Source of the DNA: Pirellulales bacterium
Lineage (GTDB): Bacteria > Planctomycetota > Planctomycetia > Pirellulales > UBA1268
NCBI GenBank assembly: GCA_018401745.1
Contig: JAGYJY010000008.1
Location: forward strand, 31,699 to 95,698
Length of the DNA stretch: 64,000 nt
Reading direction: 5' to 3'
In this document: in pieces, positions 46,776 through 60,352 of the stretch
How the letters are laid out: the number at the start of each line of letters is the position of its first letter
How positions within the stretch are numbered: the stretch's first letter is position 1
The notes under the pieces: model-generated
Databases searched by the model: none
What the model was told of the DNA's origin: nothing
Seen by the model: the letters and a program-made list of their open reading frames with translations, nothing else
Program-made: the position numbers and the translations under genes

Positions 46776-47407
46776 CTACCGAGCCACCGGCACACCAGGC
46801 GGCAGCGGCAGGGCGCCGTGGTCGCCGCGGACAATCGCCTGGATTGTTGTGGGAAGGAGCTGGCACTCGGCCGTGAAGACACGGGCGGCGAGGGTGTCGG
46901 GGGTGTCGCTCGCCTCAACCGGCACGACGTGCTGGGCGAGCACCCGCCCGTTGTCATAGACCTCGTCGACGAGGTGCACGGTGCAGCCGGAGACCGTGCA
47001 GCCGCGTTTGATCACGGCCCGGTGCACGGCAGCACCATGAAAACCCTTCCCGCCGAAAGCTGGCAGCAACGAGGGGTGGATGTTGACGACGCGGCCGATG
47101 TAGTCAGCAGGGATTGCCAGCAGCTGCAGGTAGCCGCCAAGCACGACGAGATCGACATGCTGCTCGCGACAGGCGGCGAAGGCCCGATCGCTGACATCGG
47201 CAGCACTGCTCTGGCGGGGGTCGAGCACCTGCGTGACGAGCCCCGCGTTGCGGGCGATTGCCGTGCCACGGATGTCCTCCCGGCTGGCGACCACGAGCAC
47301 GATCTCCGCGTCGAGCCGGCCGTCGGCGATCCAGGTGAGCAGGTTTTCAAGTGTGCGGCCGCTGCCAGACAGGAAGACGGCCAGCCGCAGCCTGGCGGCA
47401 GCTGGCA

Positions 47408-47411
<4 letters not shown>
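46776..47411 (-). CDS. purN: Phosphoribosylglycinamide formyltransferase
   Basis: LAVFLSGSGRTLENL, NIHPSLLPAFGG, GCTVHLVDEVYDNG. Start is either GTG 47411 (GTGA overlap with the ileS stop) or ATG 47408. Confidence 0.85.
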
Positions 47412-50901
<3,490 letters not shown>

Positions 50902-50906
50902 GCGTC

Positions 50907-51742
50907 CTATAGTTCCGCCGCACCTGCATCACGAACAATCGCCGTGATGACCGCTCTCAGCTTTGGCTCCGCCGACCGGGCGACTGCGAGAATCTTCTCC
51001 ACGCTCGCCTCCTCGAGGGCATCCGGCAGGCACATGTCGGTGACCACCGAGAGGCCGAGCACCTTCAGCCCGGCATGCACCGCGACGATGACTTCAGGCA
51101 CCGTCGACATGCCCACCACATCGGCTCCAATCGTCCGCAGGAAGCGGTATTCCGCCCGCGTCTCAGGTTCGGCCCCGTGACCGCCACGTAGACACCCCGG
51201 TGGGCAACAAAGTTTTCCTGCCGGGCGATCTCCAGCGCTCGATCGATAAACTCCGGCGTGTAGGGGGCCGACATGTCGGGGAAGCGGGGCCCGAGGCGAT
51301 CGTCGTTGATCCCAATCAACGGGTTGCCGTTCATCAGGTTGATGTGGTCATCGATCACCATGATGTCGCCAGCACTGTAGTGCGGATTCATGCCGCCGCA
51401 GGCGTTGGTGACGATCAGCGTCTCCCCGCCAAGCCGCTTGAGCACACGCACCGGCAGGGTGATCTGGTCGAGCGGGTAGCCCTCGTAGGCATGCATGCGG
51501 CCCTCAAGCACGACCACCGGCACGCCTTCCAGCAGACCACAGACCAGCTGCCCGGCATGGCCATGGGCGGTCGATTTGGCGTAGTGAGGGATCTCCTCAT
51601 AAGGAATCACCACCCGCTCGGTCACCTGCTCGGCAACGCTGCCAAGGCCGCTGCCGAGAATGATGCCGACAGCGGGCTGGAGGGCCCAGCGGCTGGAAAT
51701 CGCCTGAGAGGCTTCTTCAATCTGGTCGTGGAGATGCAGCAT
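50907..51742 (-). pseudogene. Purine nucleoside phosphorylase (PunA-type), frame broken once
   Basis: GIILGSGLG, GRMHAYEGY and VTNACGG are in ORF 51065..51742. [19 protein letters not shown] follows in ORF 50907..51119. Adding one G near 51163-51166 restores [20 protein letters not shown]. Confidence 0.85.
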
Positions 51743-51814
51743 GTTGGTCCATCGGCTCGCGGAACGGCCGACCGGCAGTCGACCACGGGTGATCCAGCAA
51801 CAGAGACGCGGCCC

Positions 51815-52105
51815 CTACTTCTTTTTCCCAGGCGGCATCTCCGGCGTCTCTTCGTCGGGATGATCCCAGTCTGGATCGTCGGGCTCATCCTCGAAATCGT
51901 CGTCGAAATCGTCATCAAAATCGTCGAAGTCGCTCTCGTCGTCTTCGAGAGGATCGTCGATCGTGCCCTCATCGACACTGTCGTCGTCGTCATCCCCCGA
52001 GGAGCTCGCGACGGGCACAAGCGGCCCAGCGGCCCACCGCGAAAGCAGGCTCACGTCACTCCACCGATCGCGTCGCCGGGGAAAAAACACTGTTGTGCAA
52101 AGCAT
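51815..52105 (-). CDS. Hypothetical small poly-acidic protein (weak call)
   Basis: 96-codon ORF ending ...DDDDDSVDEGTIDDPLEDDESDFDDFDDDFDDDFEDEPDDPDWDHPDEETPEMPPGKKK. No Shine-Dalgarno sequence; start uncertain. Confidence 0.35.
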   Translation of the reverse strand: MLCTTVFFPRRRDRWSDVSLLSRWAAGPLVPVASSSGDDDDDSVDEGTIDDPLEDDESDFDDFDDDFDDDFEDEPDDPDWDHPDEETPEMPPGKKK

Positions 52106-52391
52106 GTGCGGATTCTCATAACAAGCCACCCGCAGGCTCAAAGCCCGCCGGACGTAAGAGAGTGAAGAGAAGCATTCTACCGATTCCTCGTCAACCCGCT
52201 GCCGCAGGCAAACCCGCTTTCCACCGCCTGTCCCTGCCGCAGCGATGCATTTCCTGCCAACGACGTGAGCGGGAAGACCGCGCGCGGGTGGTCCGGCTCG
52301 GCAGGCGGCAAAAGTCGCGTCGCTGGGCCAGGATAGGCCAAACGCTCCTCGAGCGTTCGCCGACCCGCCGAGCCTCCACTTTCCTGTCAAT

Positions 52392-53049
52392 GACGGGAAC
52401 GGGACGGTCCTGGGCCGCAAAGCGGATACACACGCAAGCGGGACGGGTCCTCGGCCGCGAAGCGGATACACGCAGCGGGACGGGTCCTCGGCCGCAAAGC
52501 GGCTCGCTGCCGAGTGCCTCCGGCACCCGAAGACCCGTCCCGTTCAATCCGCCTCCGGCACCCGAAGACCGTCCCGTTCAACCGCCTCCGGCACCCGAAG
52601 ACCCGTCCCGCTCGACCGCCCGCCGCACCGCACGCCGCCGACCCCACTCGGCCCTGTCCACCCACTCCCGGCCGCAGGCCGCCCTGCAGCGGACAGAACG
52701 AACGGGACGGGTCCTCGGGCCGCGAAGCGGCCTCGGCGAAGCCGAGGTGCCTCGCGGCACCCGAAGACCCGTCCCGCTTGCACGCCCCACCCCGCCCAGC
52801 CCCGCCTTCCCCGGCCGCAGATCGCCGCGAAGCGGCGAACAGGCCGTCCCTAAACCGTAAGCGAGGGGTGAGCCCGGGCCGAATGAGCCGGCCTTGCAGT
52901 CGAGCGAAGCCCGGAGGGCGAAAGCGAGAATGCACGAGTGAGCGAAGCCAGGATGGCGAAGCGAACGCTCGGCGAATCGGCTTGGGCTCACCCCGAGCGA
53001 CCCCGAACGCTCGGCGAATCGGCCTGGGCTCACCCCGAGCGGCCCACCC
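52392..53049. repeat. Composite GC-rich repeat element, copy B
   Basis: Three direct CGGGACGG(G)TCCTCGGCCGC(G/A)AAGCGG units are followed by three inverted CTCCGGCACCCGAAGACC(C)GTCCCG units. A further complete hairpin sits at 52703-52776. The shared 3' module follows, with a 2 x 41-nt tandem duplication (52964-53045). The element ends at the argJ stop codon. Confidence 0.8.
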
Positions 53050-54273
53050 TCAGGTGTGATAATCCGCATTCAGATGCACGTATTCCGCCGTCAGGTCGCT
53101 GGAATAAAAGCGGATCGTGCCCGGGCCGTCACCCACCTCGAGCCGAATCTCGGTCTCGCGGTTGTCTCGAATCGACTGCGACACGGCGACCGCATCAAAG
53201 GCGACCGGAGCGCCGGCCGTGAAGAGCAGGGTGCCGTTGACGTGCAGGGTGAGCTGGTCGGCCGCGAAGGAAACTCCCGCATAGCCCGCGGCTGACACAA
53301 TGCGGCCCCAGTTGGGATCGGCGCCCGAGATCGCGGTTTTCACCAAAGGACTGTCGGCAACGGTGCGAGCGATCTGGCGGGCGGCATCGCGGCTGGCGGC
53401 GCCGGTGACGTCGATTCGGATCACATGCGTGGCCCCTTCGCCATCGTCGGCGATCTCACGGGCAAGCGTCCGGCAGGTCTCGGTGAGCAGCCGGCCAAAC
53501 TCGTCCAGGTCGTGGCCCTCGAGGCAGGAGCCGCCGGCCGCAGCGTTGGCCAGGAGGAGCACGGTGTCGTTCGTGCTGGTGTGGCCATCGACGCTGACGC
53601 AGTTGAACGTCTCCTCGCAGGCTTGGCGAAGCAACCGCTGGCCGTCGTCCACCGCCAGCGGGGCATCCGTGAGCACGATGCCGAGCATGGTCGCCATCCG
53701 CGGGCCCACCATCGCGGCCCCTTTGGCGACGCCTGTGATCGAAATCGAGCGATCGCCAGCGATGAAGGTTGAGCCGCAGAGTTTTGGACGGGTGTCGGTG
53801 GTCATCATGCCGCGGGCAGCCAACACCAGAGACCTCTGGTCGTCGCTCAGCAGCTCCGCCGCCTGACCGATCCCGGCCAGCAGCGTGGGCATGGGCAGAA
53901 ACTCGCCGATGATACCCGTGGAGAGCACGAGCACTTCCGAGGCTGCTGCTCCCACGCTGTGAGCAGCGGCTGCCGCCATCGCCTCGGCGTCGGCCAGGCC
54001 GCGGGGGCCCGTGCAGGCGTTGGCGTTGCCGGAGTTGACCACGATCACTCGAAAGCCCTCGCCCGGCGTCCGCTCGCGGTCGTAAGCGACAGGAGCGGCA
54101 TAGACGAGGTTCGTGGTGTAGACGCCCGCGGCCGTTGCTGGTCTGTCCGAGACAAACAGCGCGACATCCTCCCGGGTGGGATTGCGTTTGAGGCCCGCGT
54201 GAATACCAGCCGCTCGAAAGCCGGCAGGCAGGTCAGGAACGGGAAGCTGCAAGGGGGTCTCAGCGATCGGCAT
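53050..54273 (-). CDS. argJ: Bifunctional glutamate N-acetyltransferase / amino-acid acetyltransferase
   Basis: GFRAAGIHAGLK, the autoproteolytic region ATMLGIVLTDA, and TNDTVLLLAN. ATG at 54273. Confidence 0.9.
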   Translation of the reverse strand: MPIAETPLQLPVPDLPAGFRAAGIHAGLKRNPTREDVALFVSDRPATAAGVYTTNLVYAAPVAYDRERTPGEGFRVIVVNSGNANACTGPRGLADAEAMAAAAAHSVGAAASEVLVLSTGIIGEFLPMPTLLAGIGQAAELLSDDQRSLVLAARGMMTTDTRPKLCGSTFIAGDRSISITGVAKGAAMVGPRMATMLGIVLTDAPLAVDDGQRLLRQACEETFNCVSVDGHTSTNDTVLLLANAAAGGSCLEGHDLDEFGRLLTETCRTLAREIADDGEGATHVIRIDVTGAASRDAARQIARTVADSPLVKTAISGADPNWGRIVSAAGYAGVSFAADQLTLHVNGTLLFTAGAPVAFDAVAVSQSIRDNRETEIRLEVGDGPGTIRFYSSDLTAEYVHLNADYHT

Positions 54274-54356
54274 GGAAGCTGGCGGATCCGGGGGAGTGAG
54301 TGGAGGAGGGAGTTCGGGAGCCCGCGAAATGCACACACGATTGAGTGCAGCGGTCT

Positions 54357-55367
54357 CTAGAGCAAGCCTGCTGTTTCCGGCAGGCCAAACACGCAGTTGA
54401 AGTTTTGCACGGCAGCTCCTGCGGCCCCTTTGACGAGGTTGTCGAGGCAGCTGATCAGCAGGATGCGGCCCCGCACCACCCGCACGGTGATGTCGCAGAA
54501 GTTGGTGTCGACGGTGTCTTTCGTGGCTGGCAGGTGATCAACCACGCGGACAAACCGCTCGGCGTCGTAGGCCTGGTGGAGCACCGCCGCCACCTCCGCC
54601 TCGGTCACGGCTCGCGTGGGCCGGGCATAGATCGTGGAGAGGATGCCCCGGTCCATCGGGGCAAGCTGCGGCGTGAAGATCACCTCGGGCCGCGAGCCGG
54701 CATGCCGGGCAATGACCTGCTCGATCTCCGGAGTGTGGCGATGCCGGCCAACGTTGTAGGCCGACATGCTCTCGTTGCATTCAGGGAAATGGGTCATCAG
54801 TTTCGGCGACCGACCCGCTCCGCTGACGCCACTCTTGGAGTCGATGATGATGTCGTCACATTCGATCAGCCCCGCCTTCACCAGCGGGGCCAGCGGCAGG
54901 ATCGCCGAGGTTGAATAGCAGCCCGGATTGGCGACGAGCGCGGCATCCTTGAGCAACGGCCGAAAGAGTTCGGGCAGCCCATAGGCCACCTGCCCGAGCC
55001 GGGACGGGTCGACATGCTCGAGGCCATACCACTCGAGATACGTCGCCGCATCGTCAAGCCGGTAGTCGGCGCTGAAGTCAATCACGGTCGCGCCCGCGTC
55101 GAGCAGGGCGGGCACCACAGAGGCCGATGCGGTGTGCGGGAGGCAGCTAAACACGCACGACGCCCGCGCGACCACTTCCGCTGGCTCAAGATCTTCCAGT
55201 GGGATCTCCAGCCGCCCCACGAGCGACGGATGCACGGTGGAGATCGGCGGCTGGCCTTCCTGGCGGCTGGTGGCAACCGTGATCCGCACCTCGGGGTGCC
55301 GCAGGAGAATCTTCACCAGCTCAAGGGCCGTGTAGCCCGTCGCACCGAGCACCGCAACGTCGATCAT
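54357..55367 (-). CDS. argC: N-acetyl-gamma-glutamyl-phosphate reductase
   Basis: [22 protein letters not shown]; catalytic Cys context (ANPGCYSTS). Confidence 0.9.
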   Translation of the reverse strand: MIDVAVLGATGYTALELVKILLRHPEVRITVATSRQEGQPPISTVHPSLVGRLEIPLEDLEPAEVVARASCVFSCLPHTASASVVPALLDAGATVIDFSADYRLDDAATYLEWYGLEHVDPSRLGQVAYGLPELFRPLLKDAALVANPGCYSTSAILPLAPLVKAGLIECDDIIIDSKSGVSGAGRSPKLMTHFPECNESMSAYNVGRHRHTPEIEQVIARHAGSRPEVIFTPQLAPMDRGILSTIYARPTRAVTEAEVAAVLHQAYDAERFVRVVDHLPATKDTVDTNFCDITVRVVRGRILLISCLDNLVKGAAGAAVQNFNCVFGLPETAGLL

Positions 55368-55534
55368 GTCGCTTCCAGGGATGGGGGTGTCAGGTCGGCA
55401 GCAGTCATACGGAGATGCTGCATTCCGCCGCTCCTGCGGGCATCGGCATCATACGATGCGACCGGCCAGTTTCGGCAGGGGGCTTTCCCGCCGCGGTTGC
55501 CGCCGTCTCGGGCCTGTTCTGCAGGCCAGCCCTC

Positions 55535-56188
55535 TCACACAGCGCGGTCGATCAGCCGCTGCTGAAAGAGCCTGATCAGCCGTCGGGCTACCTGCGTCTT
55601 TGTGCCCGCGGCTGTGGCCACCTCGCCCTCGGCATCGAGCACGCAGATCGCTGTGCGGGCTGCCTCGATCGCTGGAATATCGTTGACCACAATCAGATCG
55701 CACCGCTTGCGGCGGAGCTTGGCAATCGCTCGCTCGCGATCTCCGCCGACCTCCAGCGCAAAGGCGACGCACCAGGCCCGACGGCCCGACGGCTGCAGCT
55801 CACGCACCCGCTCGGCAAGGGTGGCCACGATGTCGACCGTCGGCACCAGCCGCAGCGTGAGGCCGCGGCCATGCCGTGGAATCTTGCCGAGCTGGCGGGC
55901 TGCCGGCTCAAAGTCGCAGGGGGCGGCTGCCGCGATCACACCGTCTACTTTTGGCAGCAGGGCGAGGCTCGCCTCGAGCATCTCGCGTGTTGTCGTGACC
56001 CGACTGACCCGCGCGGCCTGCGGATAATCCACCGCCACCGGTCCGCTGACGATGCTCACGCGGTGGCCTGCCTCGAGGGCCGCCGCCGCCAGCGCCTTCC
56101 CCATGCGGCCGCTTGAGCCGTTGCTCAGGTAGCGGACGTCGTCGAGGTAGGCCCGGGTGGGGCCGCTCGTTAGCAGAATGTGAGCCAT
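55535..56188 (-). CDS. coaB: Phosphopantothenate--cysteine ligase (CoaB domain)
   Basis: ILLTSGPTRAYLDDVRYLSNGSSGRMG is the CoaB signature. ATG lies 22 nt after the coaC stop, in a different frame. Confidence 0.8.
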   Translation of the reverse strand: MAHILLTSGPTRAYLDDVRYLSNGSSGRMGKALAAAALEAGHRVSIVSGPVAVDYPQAARVSRVTTTREMLEASLALLPKVDGVIAAAAPCDFEPAARQLGKIPRHGRGLTLRLVPTVDIVATLAERVRELQPSGRRAWCVAFALEVGGDRERAIAKLRRKRCDLIVVNDIPAIEAARTAICVLDAEGEVATAAGTKTQVARRLIRLFQQRLIDRAV

Positions 56189-56210
56189 GACGTGTTCCGC
56201 AGCTGATCGT

Positions 56211-56858
56211 TCACGACACGCCGGGCTTCGGCAGCTCACCACCGGCAAGCACCCGCGCGATCTCGCTGGCGATCGCCTCGGGCTCCGCCATGCGGCCAGC
56301 GCCCTCCCGTCGACAGGCCAGCCAGCCGCTGACTGGCTCGATGATGCCGAGGCCATCCTCCACGAGCTGCCGCACGTTCCGCTGCACGGCGGGCTTCGCC
56401 CACATCGCCGCGTTCATCGCGGGCGCGAGGATCACTGGGCACTCAGCCGCGAGCAGGAGCGTGGTCAGCAGGTCGTCAGCCACACCGTGAGCAGCTTTTG
56501 CCAGAAAATCGGCCGTGGCCGGTGCGACCACAACGAGATCTGCCCCTGCAGCCAGTTCGATGTGGCCGCCGAGCGGATGTCGCCCGGGGTCAAAGAGCCG
56601 GCTGGCCACAGGACGCGACGTCAGCGCGGCAAATGTTGCCTCCCCTACAAACGCGGTGGCAGCATCAGTCAGCACCGCAGTCACGCCAACAGACTGCTTC
56701 ACCAAGAGGCTCGCCAGCATGGCGGCCTTGTAGGCCGCCACGCCACCCGCCACTCCGAGGACGACCTCGCGGCCTGCAAGCGCGGGATACCCATCGGCAG
56801 GCGAAACCGCCTGCTTACGAGCGGCTTCGTCGCGGCCAAACTCAGAGGATGGAGGCAT
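56211..56858 (-). CDS. coaC: Phosphopantothenoylcysteine decarboxylase flavoprotein (CoaC domain)
   Basis: [45 protein letters not shown] 56858 overlaps the rpoZ 3' end by 17 nt. Confidence 0.8.
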   Translation of the reverse strand: MPPSSEFGRDEAARKQAVSPADGYPALAGREVVLGVAGGVAAYKAAMLASLLVKQSVGVTAVLTDAATAFVGEATFAALTSRPVASRLFDPGRHPLGGHIELAAGADLVVVAPATADFLAKAAHGVADDLLTTLLLAAECPVILAPAMNAAMWAKPAVQRNVRQLVEDGLGIIEPVSGWLACRREGAGRMAEPEAIASEIARVLAGGELPKPGVS

Positions 56859-57105
56859 CGAAGTCGAGCGGCCCACCCGCCTCGGGCGACTCGCCGGTGA
56901 TCCGCAGATTGCTCGACGTGTCGAGAAAAATCTTATCCTGCCGAATCTCCTCGATCACGATCTGCATCTTGTCGTCCGACTTGATGTCGACCAGCGGCCG
57001 CCCACCTGCATTGAGAGCCACCATCCGCTTCTGAATCAGCGTTGAGAGCTTGAATCGGCCGCCAACCTTGTTGACGATCTCTTCTTCACGCAACTCGTCA
57101 ATCAT
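56842..57105 (-). CDS. rpoZ: RNA polymerase omega subunit
   Basis: Small protein with [13 protein letters not shown]. It has the conserved position downstream of gmk. ATG 57105 is preceded by GGAG. Confidence 0.8.
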   Translation of the reverse strand: MIDELREEEIVNKVGGRFKLSTLIQKRMVALNAGGRPLVDIKSDDKMQIVIEEIRQDKIFLDTSSNLRITGESPEAGGPLDFDASIL

Positions 57106-57210
57106 GCCTGTAAACTCCAAAACCAAAAATAACTTACACACGCTCTTCGAAAACAGCCCTCAGACTCCCTCTCCGAAACCACCCGCTGCCGGGGATGGCT
57201 CACCAGCCTG

Positions 57211-57900
57211 TCACGCCTGTGGCGACCGAGAGACCGCGCTGGCCGAAGCGGCTCGCTCCGAAACCTGGCCGGCTCGCGGCTCTCCACTCTTCATGTCCGC
57301 ACCACCGTCGTCCGCACCACAGGCCGTAGAGAGCCCTGCCTGACGCAGGATGCTCACGATCGTGCCAACCGCCTCATCGACGTTCTCATTGACCACCCGA
57401 TGGCGATAGAGATGCGCCTGCCCGAGTTCACTTCGGGCCACCTCCAGCCTTCGTTCAATCGCTTCGGGAGACTCGGTTCCACGACGCGTCAGCCGCTCGT
57501 CGAGTTGCTCAGGATGAGACGGCTCCACGAAGATGGTGACCGCCTCTGCATACTGCTCCAGCACTGAAAGTGTACCTTCCACATCGATCTCCAACACCAC
57601 CCAGCGGCCTGCTGCCAGCCGAGGAGCGACCTCATCGACGAGCGTGCCATACCAGGAGTCGCGGCCATACACCCGGCAACACTCGAGAAACTCACCATTC
57701 TCGCGACGACGGGCGAACTCATCGGAAGGGAGAAAGTGGTAGTCGATCCCGTCTTGCTCGCCAGCCCGCGGAGGCCTCGTGGTAGCCGACACGCTTGGGA
57801 TCAACTCCGGCAGCCGCTCCAGCAGCATCCTCAGAATCGTGGTCTTGCCCACGCCTGAGGGGCCGGAAATCACAACGAGCCTTCCTGGATGAATGGACAT
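57211..57900 (-). CDS. gmk: Guanylate kinase with a C-terminal extension
   Basis: VISGPSGVGKTT P-loop; SATTRPPRAGEQDGIDYHF. Confidence 0.85.
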   Translation of the reverse strand: MSIHPGRLVVISGPSGVGKTTILRMLLERLPELIPSVSATTRPPRAGEQDGIDYHFLPSDEFARRRENGEFLECCRVYGRDSWYGTLVDEVAPRLAAGRWVVLEIDVEGTLSVLEQYAEAVTIFVEPSHPEQLDERLTRRGTESPEAIERRLEVARSELGQAHLYRHRVVNENVDEAVGTIVSILRQAGLSTACGADDGGADMKSGEPRAGQVSERAASASAVSRSPQA

Positions 57901-57948
57901 CTGTTCCCTACCGTTTTTCCGGCGAGTATACACCGCAGTCCCGCAGTG

Positions 57949-58830
57949 TCACTCAATATTCTGCACGAGTTCCCGGATCTGCTCGACCGTCGACTTCAGA
58001 TCGACCGCCGTTTGTGAAATGGCGACGTCCGCCGATTTGGAGGCGATCGTGTTGACCTCCCGAGCCAGTTCCTGCGCGAGAAAGTCGAGCGATCGTCCAG
58101 GGCTCTCCTCGCCCAGAAGCCGCTCAACCTGGTCGACATGACTTTCCAGCCGGACCAGCTCTTCAGCGACATCCGTGCGGTCGGCGATGATCGCCATCTC
58201 GCGGGCAAGATCGACCGAAGAGACCGCCTCCGGGTGGCCATCGAGCACCCGCTCGAGCCGGTCGCGAAGCTTCTGCCGGTGGGCATCGAGCATCTCGGGA
58301 AGCCGCTGCCGAATGCCGCCCACCCGCTGGCGGATCTCGCCACACCAGCTGTGAATGGAGGCCGTCATCGCAGCCCCTCCGCAACCCGCATGCTCTGCAG
58401 GCTCTCCACTGCCTGCCGCAGGGTCTCCTCGATCAGCGGCCACTGCCGCTCCAGGCTGGAAGCATCTGCTCGCTGCTCCACCACGACTCCCGGCAGCGAG
58501 AGCAGGCTGGTCACCGTCGGCGGGATGTGCAGGCCCCGGCTTTCGGAAAACGCCATCAGATCGGAGAGATAGCTCTCGAGCTGATCGACATCGAGCTGGC
58601 GGCGGCCAGGGTGCGTTGCGGCCAGAGAAGTCGATCGACACATGCACGCTGCCGCGACGGATCGTCTCGCGGAGAACGGCCTCGATTCTGGCCTCAAACA
58701 TCGCGAGCCCTTCGCGGGACCGCGTGGTCAGTTTGAAGAAGCGGTTGTTGACAGCCCGCACCTCGGCCCGGCAGGTCGTGCCCTCGCGGGTGCACGTCGC
58801 CTCACCACAGCCGCTCATGCTCGTTGCCAT
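57949..58830 (-). pseudogene. yicC: YicC-family stress-induced protein, two compensating frame breaks
   Basis: The N-terminus (SMSGCGEA...VRAVNNRFFKL) and C-terminus (GRSLDFLAQELAREVNTIASKS...EQIRELVQNIE) are in the 293-aa frame. The middle is protein-like only in ORF 58365..58697 (QLDVDQLESYLSDL...RVAEG). The breaks lie at GGG 58609-58611 (one extra base) and CCCC 58373-58376 (one missing base). Confidence 0.8.
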
Positions 58831-58869
58831 CCGCCCCCTCTGATTCAGGCTGCCCGCGTGTCCCGGTCG

Positions 58870-59379
58870 TCATTCAGCTGACGGAGTCGTCTCTGCTGGA
58901 GCCTCAGCCGCTTCCGCTGCTGATCCGTCGGCAGCGGGCTCAGCCTGAGCCTCGGAGCCAGCATCCTCCCCTGAGGGATTTTCGGCAGGAGCCGCGGCGG
59001 CCTCTTCGGAAACGGTCTCGGCAGTGCCGGAGCCTGCGGCCTCGATGTCGCCCGCCGCCGCGCTGTCTGCATCGCCATCGAGAGACTCATCGACCGTGAT
59101 CGGCGCTGCTCCTCCGAGGTCTCCGCTGAGCAGCGACTGCTGTCGGCCGAGCACATTGACGGCCACGATGCACAGGAGAATCCAAAACGCCGCGACGCCG
59201 ATCGTGATCTTCGTAAACACGTCGCCAGCTTTCGCGCCGAAGGCACTCTGCCCCCCCATGCCACCAAGTGCACCGGCCAGCCCGCCTCCGCGGCCTCGCT
59301 GGATAAGCACCAGCAGGATCAGAAACAGAGCCGTGAAGACGAGCATAAAGCCCAGCAGAAAGCGGACGAAAATGATCAT
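58870..59379 (-). CDS. secG: Preprotein translocase subunit SecG with a long acidic C-terminal tail
   Basis: Two TM helices flank the Gly-rich loop [26 protein letters not shown]. An Ala/Glu/Asp-rich tail of about 90 aa follows. Confidence 0.8.
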   Translation of the reverse strand: MIIFVRFLLGFMLVFTALFLILLVLIQRGRGGGLAGALGGMGGQSAFGAKAGDVFTKITIGVAAFWILLCIVAVNVLGRQQSLLSGDLGGAAPITVDESLDGDADSAAAGDIEAAGSGTAETVSEEAAAAPAENPSGEDAGSEAQAEPAADGSAAEAAEAPAETTPSAE

Positions 59380-59492
59380 GAGGGAAACCGTGGGGGGAGA
59401 GAATCCACGCCGGCTGCCGTCGCAGGGTCAGCCGTCGCGGGATCACGTGTGGTCGAAGCGTATCGAATCACGGCGGGAAGCGTCCACCGCGA

Positions 59493-60269
59493 TCACCGAA
59501 ATGCCGCTGCGATTGCCAGAAAGCCATCTGCCTCAAGGCTGGCACCGCCGACCAGAGCTCCGTCGATATCGGGCTGCGCGGCAAGATCGGCCGCGTTGCC
59601 CGGCTTGACGCTGCCGCCATATTGAATGCGAATGCCGTCGGCGATGCCCGGCGAGGCAAGCTCCGCCAGCAGCGAGCGAATCAGGGCATGCACGTCTTGG
59701 GCCTGCTCGGGCGTGGCCACCTTGCCGGTGCCGATGGCCCACACGGGCTCGTAGGCAATCACCACCTTCGCGAGGTCGTCTGCCGTGAGGCCCGCCAGCG
59801 ATCCCCGCACCTGGCGAGAGACCACCTCGTGGGTGCGATCCGCCTCCCGCTCAGCGAGCTGCTCACCGACGCAGACGATCGGGGTGAGCTCGGCAGCCAA
59901 GGCGGCCCGCACTTTGGAAGCGATCAGCTCGTCGGTCTCCGCGAGGAGCGTCCGCCGCTCGGAATGGCCCAGGATCACGTAGCGGCAGCCCATGTCGACG
60001 AGCATGCTTGCGGAGATTTCTCCGGTGAAGGCACCGGAGGGCTGATCCCACATGTTCTGCCCTCCCAGGCCAACGCCCGCAGGGCTCACGCCCGCGGAAA
60101 TCTCCAGGGCGTCACCAACTGCGGAGAGGTAGATGCTCGGCGGGCAGAGCACGACATCGACACCGCCTGCCTGTGCACGGCCTGCGGCCACGGCCTTCGC
60201 CAGGGCGATCGAGCCCGCTCGATCGAGGTTCATCTTCCAGTTTCCGGCGACGATCGACGTCCGCGACAT
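59493..60269 (-). CDS. tpiA: Triosephosphate isomerase
   Basis: VAGNWKMN, ILGHSERR, AYEPVWAIGTG, YGGSV. ATG 60269 is preceded by AGGAG. Confidence 0.9.
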   Translation of the reverse strand: MSRTSIVAGNWKMNLDRAGSIALAKAVAAGRAQAGGVDVVLCPPSIYLSAVGDALEISAGVSPAGVGLGGQNMWDQPSGAFTGEISASMLVDMGCRYVILGHSERRTLLAETDELIASKVRAALAAELTPIVCVGEQLAEREADRTHEVVSRQVRGSLAGLTADDLAKVVIAYEPVWAIGTGKVATPEQAQDVHALIRSLLAELASPGIADGIRIQYGGSVKPGNAADLAAQPDIDGALVGGASLEADGFLAIAAAFR

Positions 60270-60352
60270 GTGGGAGCTCCTAGGGGATTGAGCGACCATC
60301 CTAAAGTCGGCAGCGAAAAGCCGAAAGCCGTCCACGCTCACGGGCGGGGTGC

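Noticed and set aside
46206-46957. ORFs of 121-200 aa across the repeat region (46096..46461 +, 46206..46598 -, 46355..46957 -), and the analogous ORFs at 52093-53069
   Set aside because: The translations are repetitive Arg/Pro/Gly strings (RDGSAGTAP..., PVPFTA...) generated by the DNA repeats on both strands. They show no coding-type third-position bias or recognisable domain.
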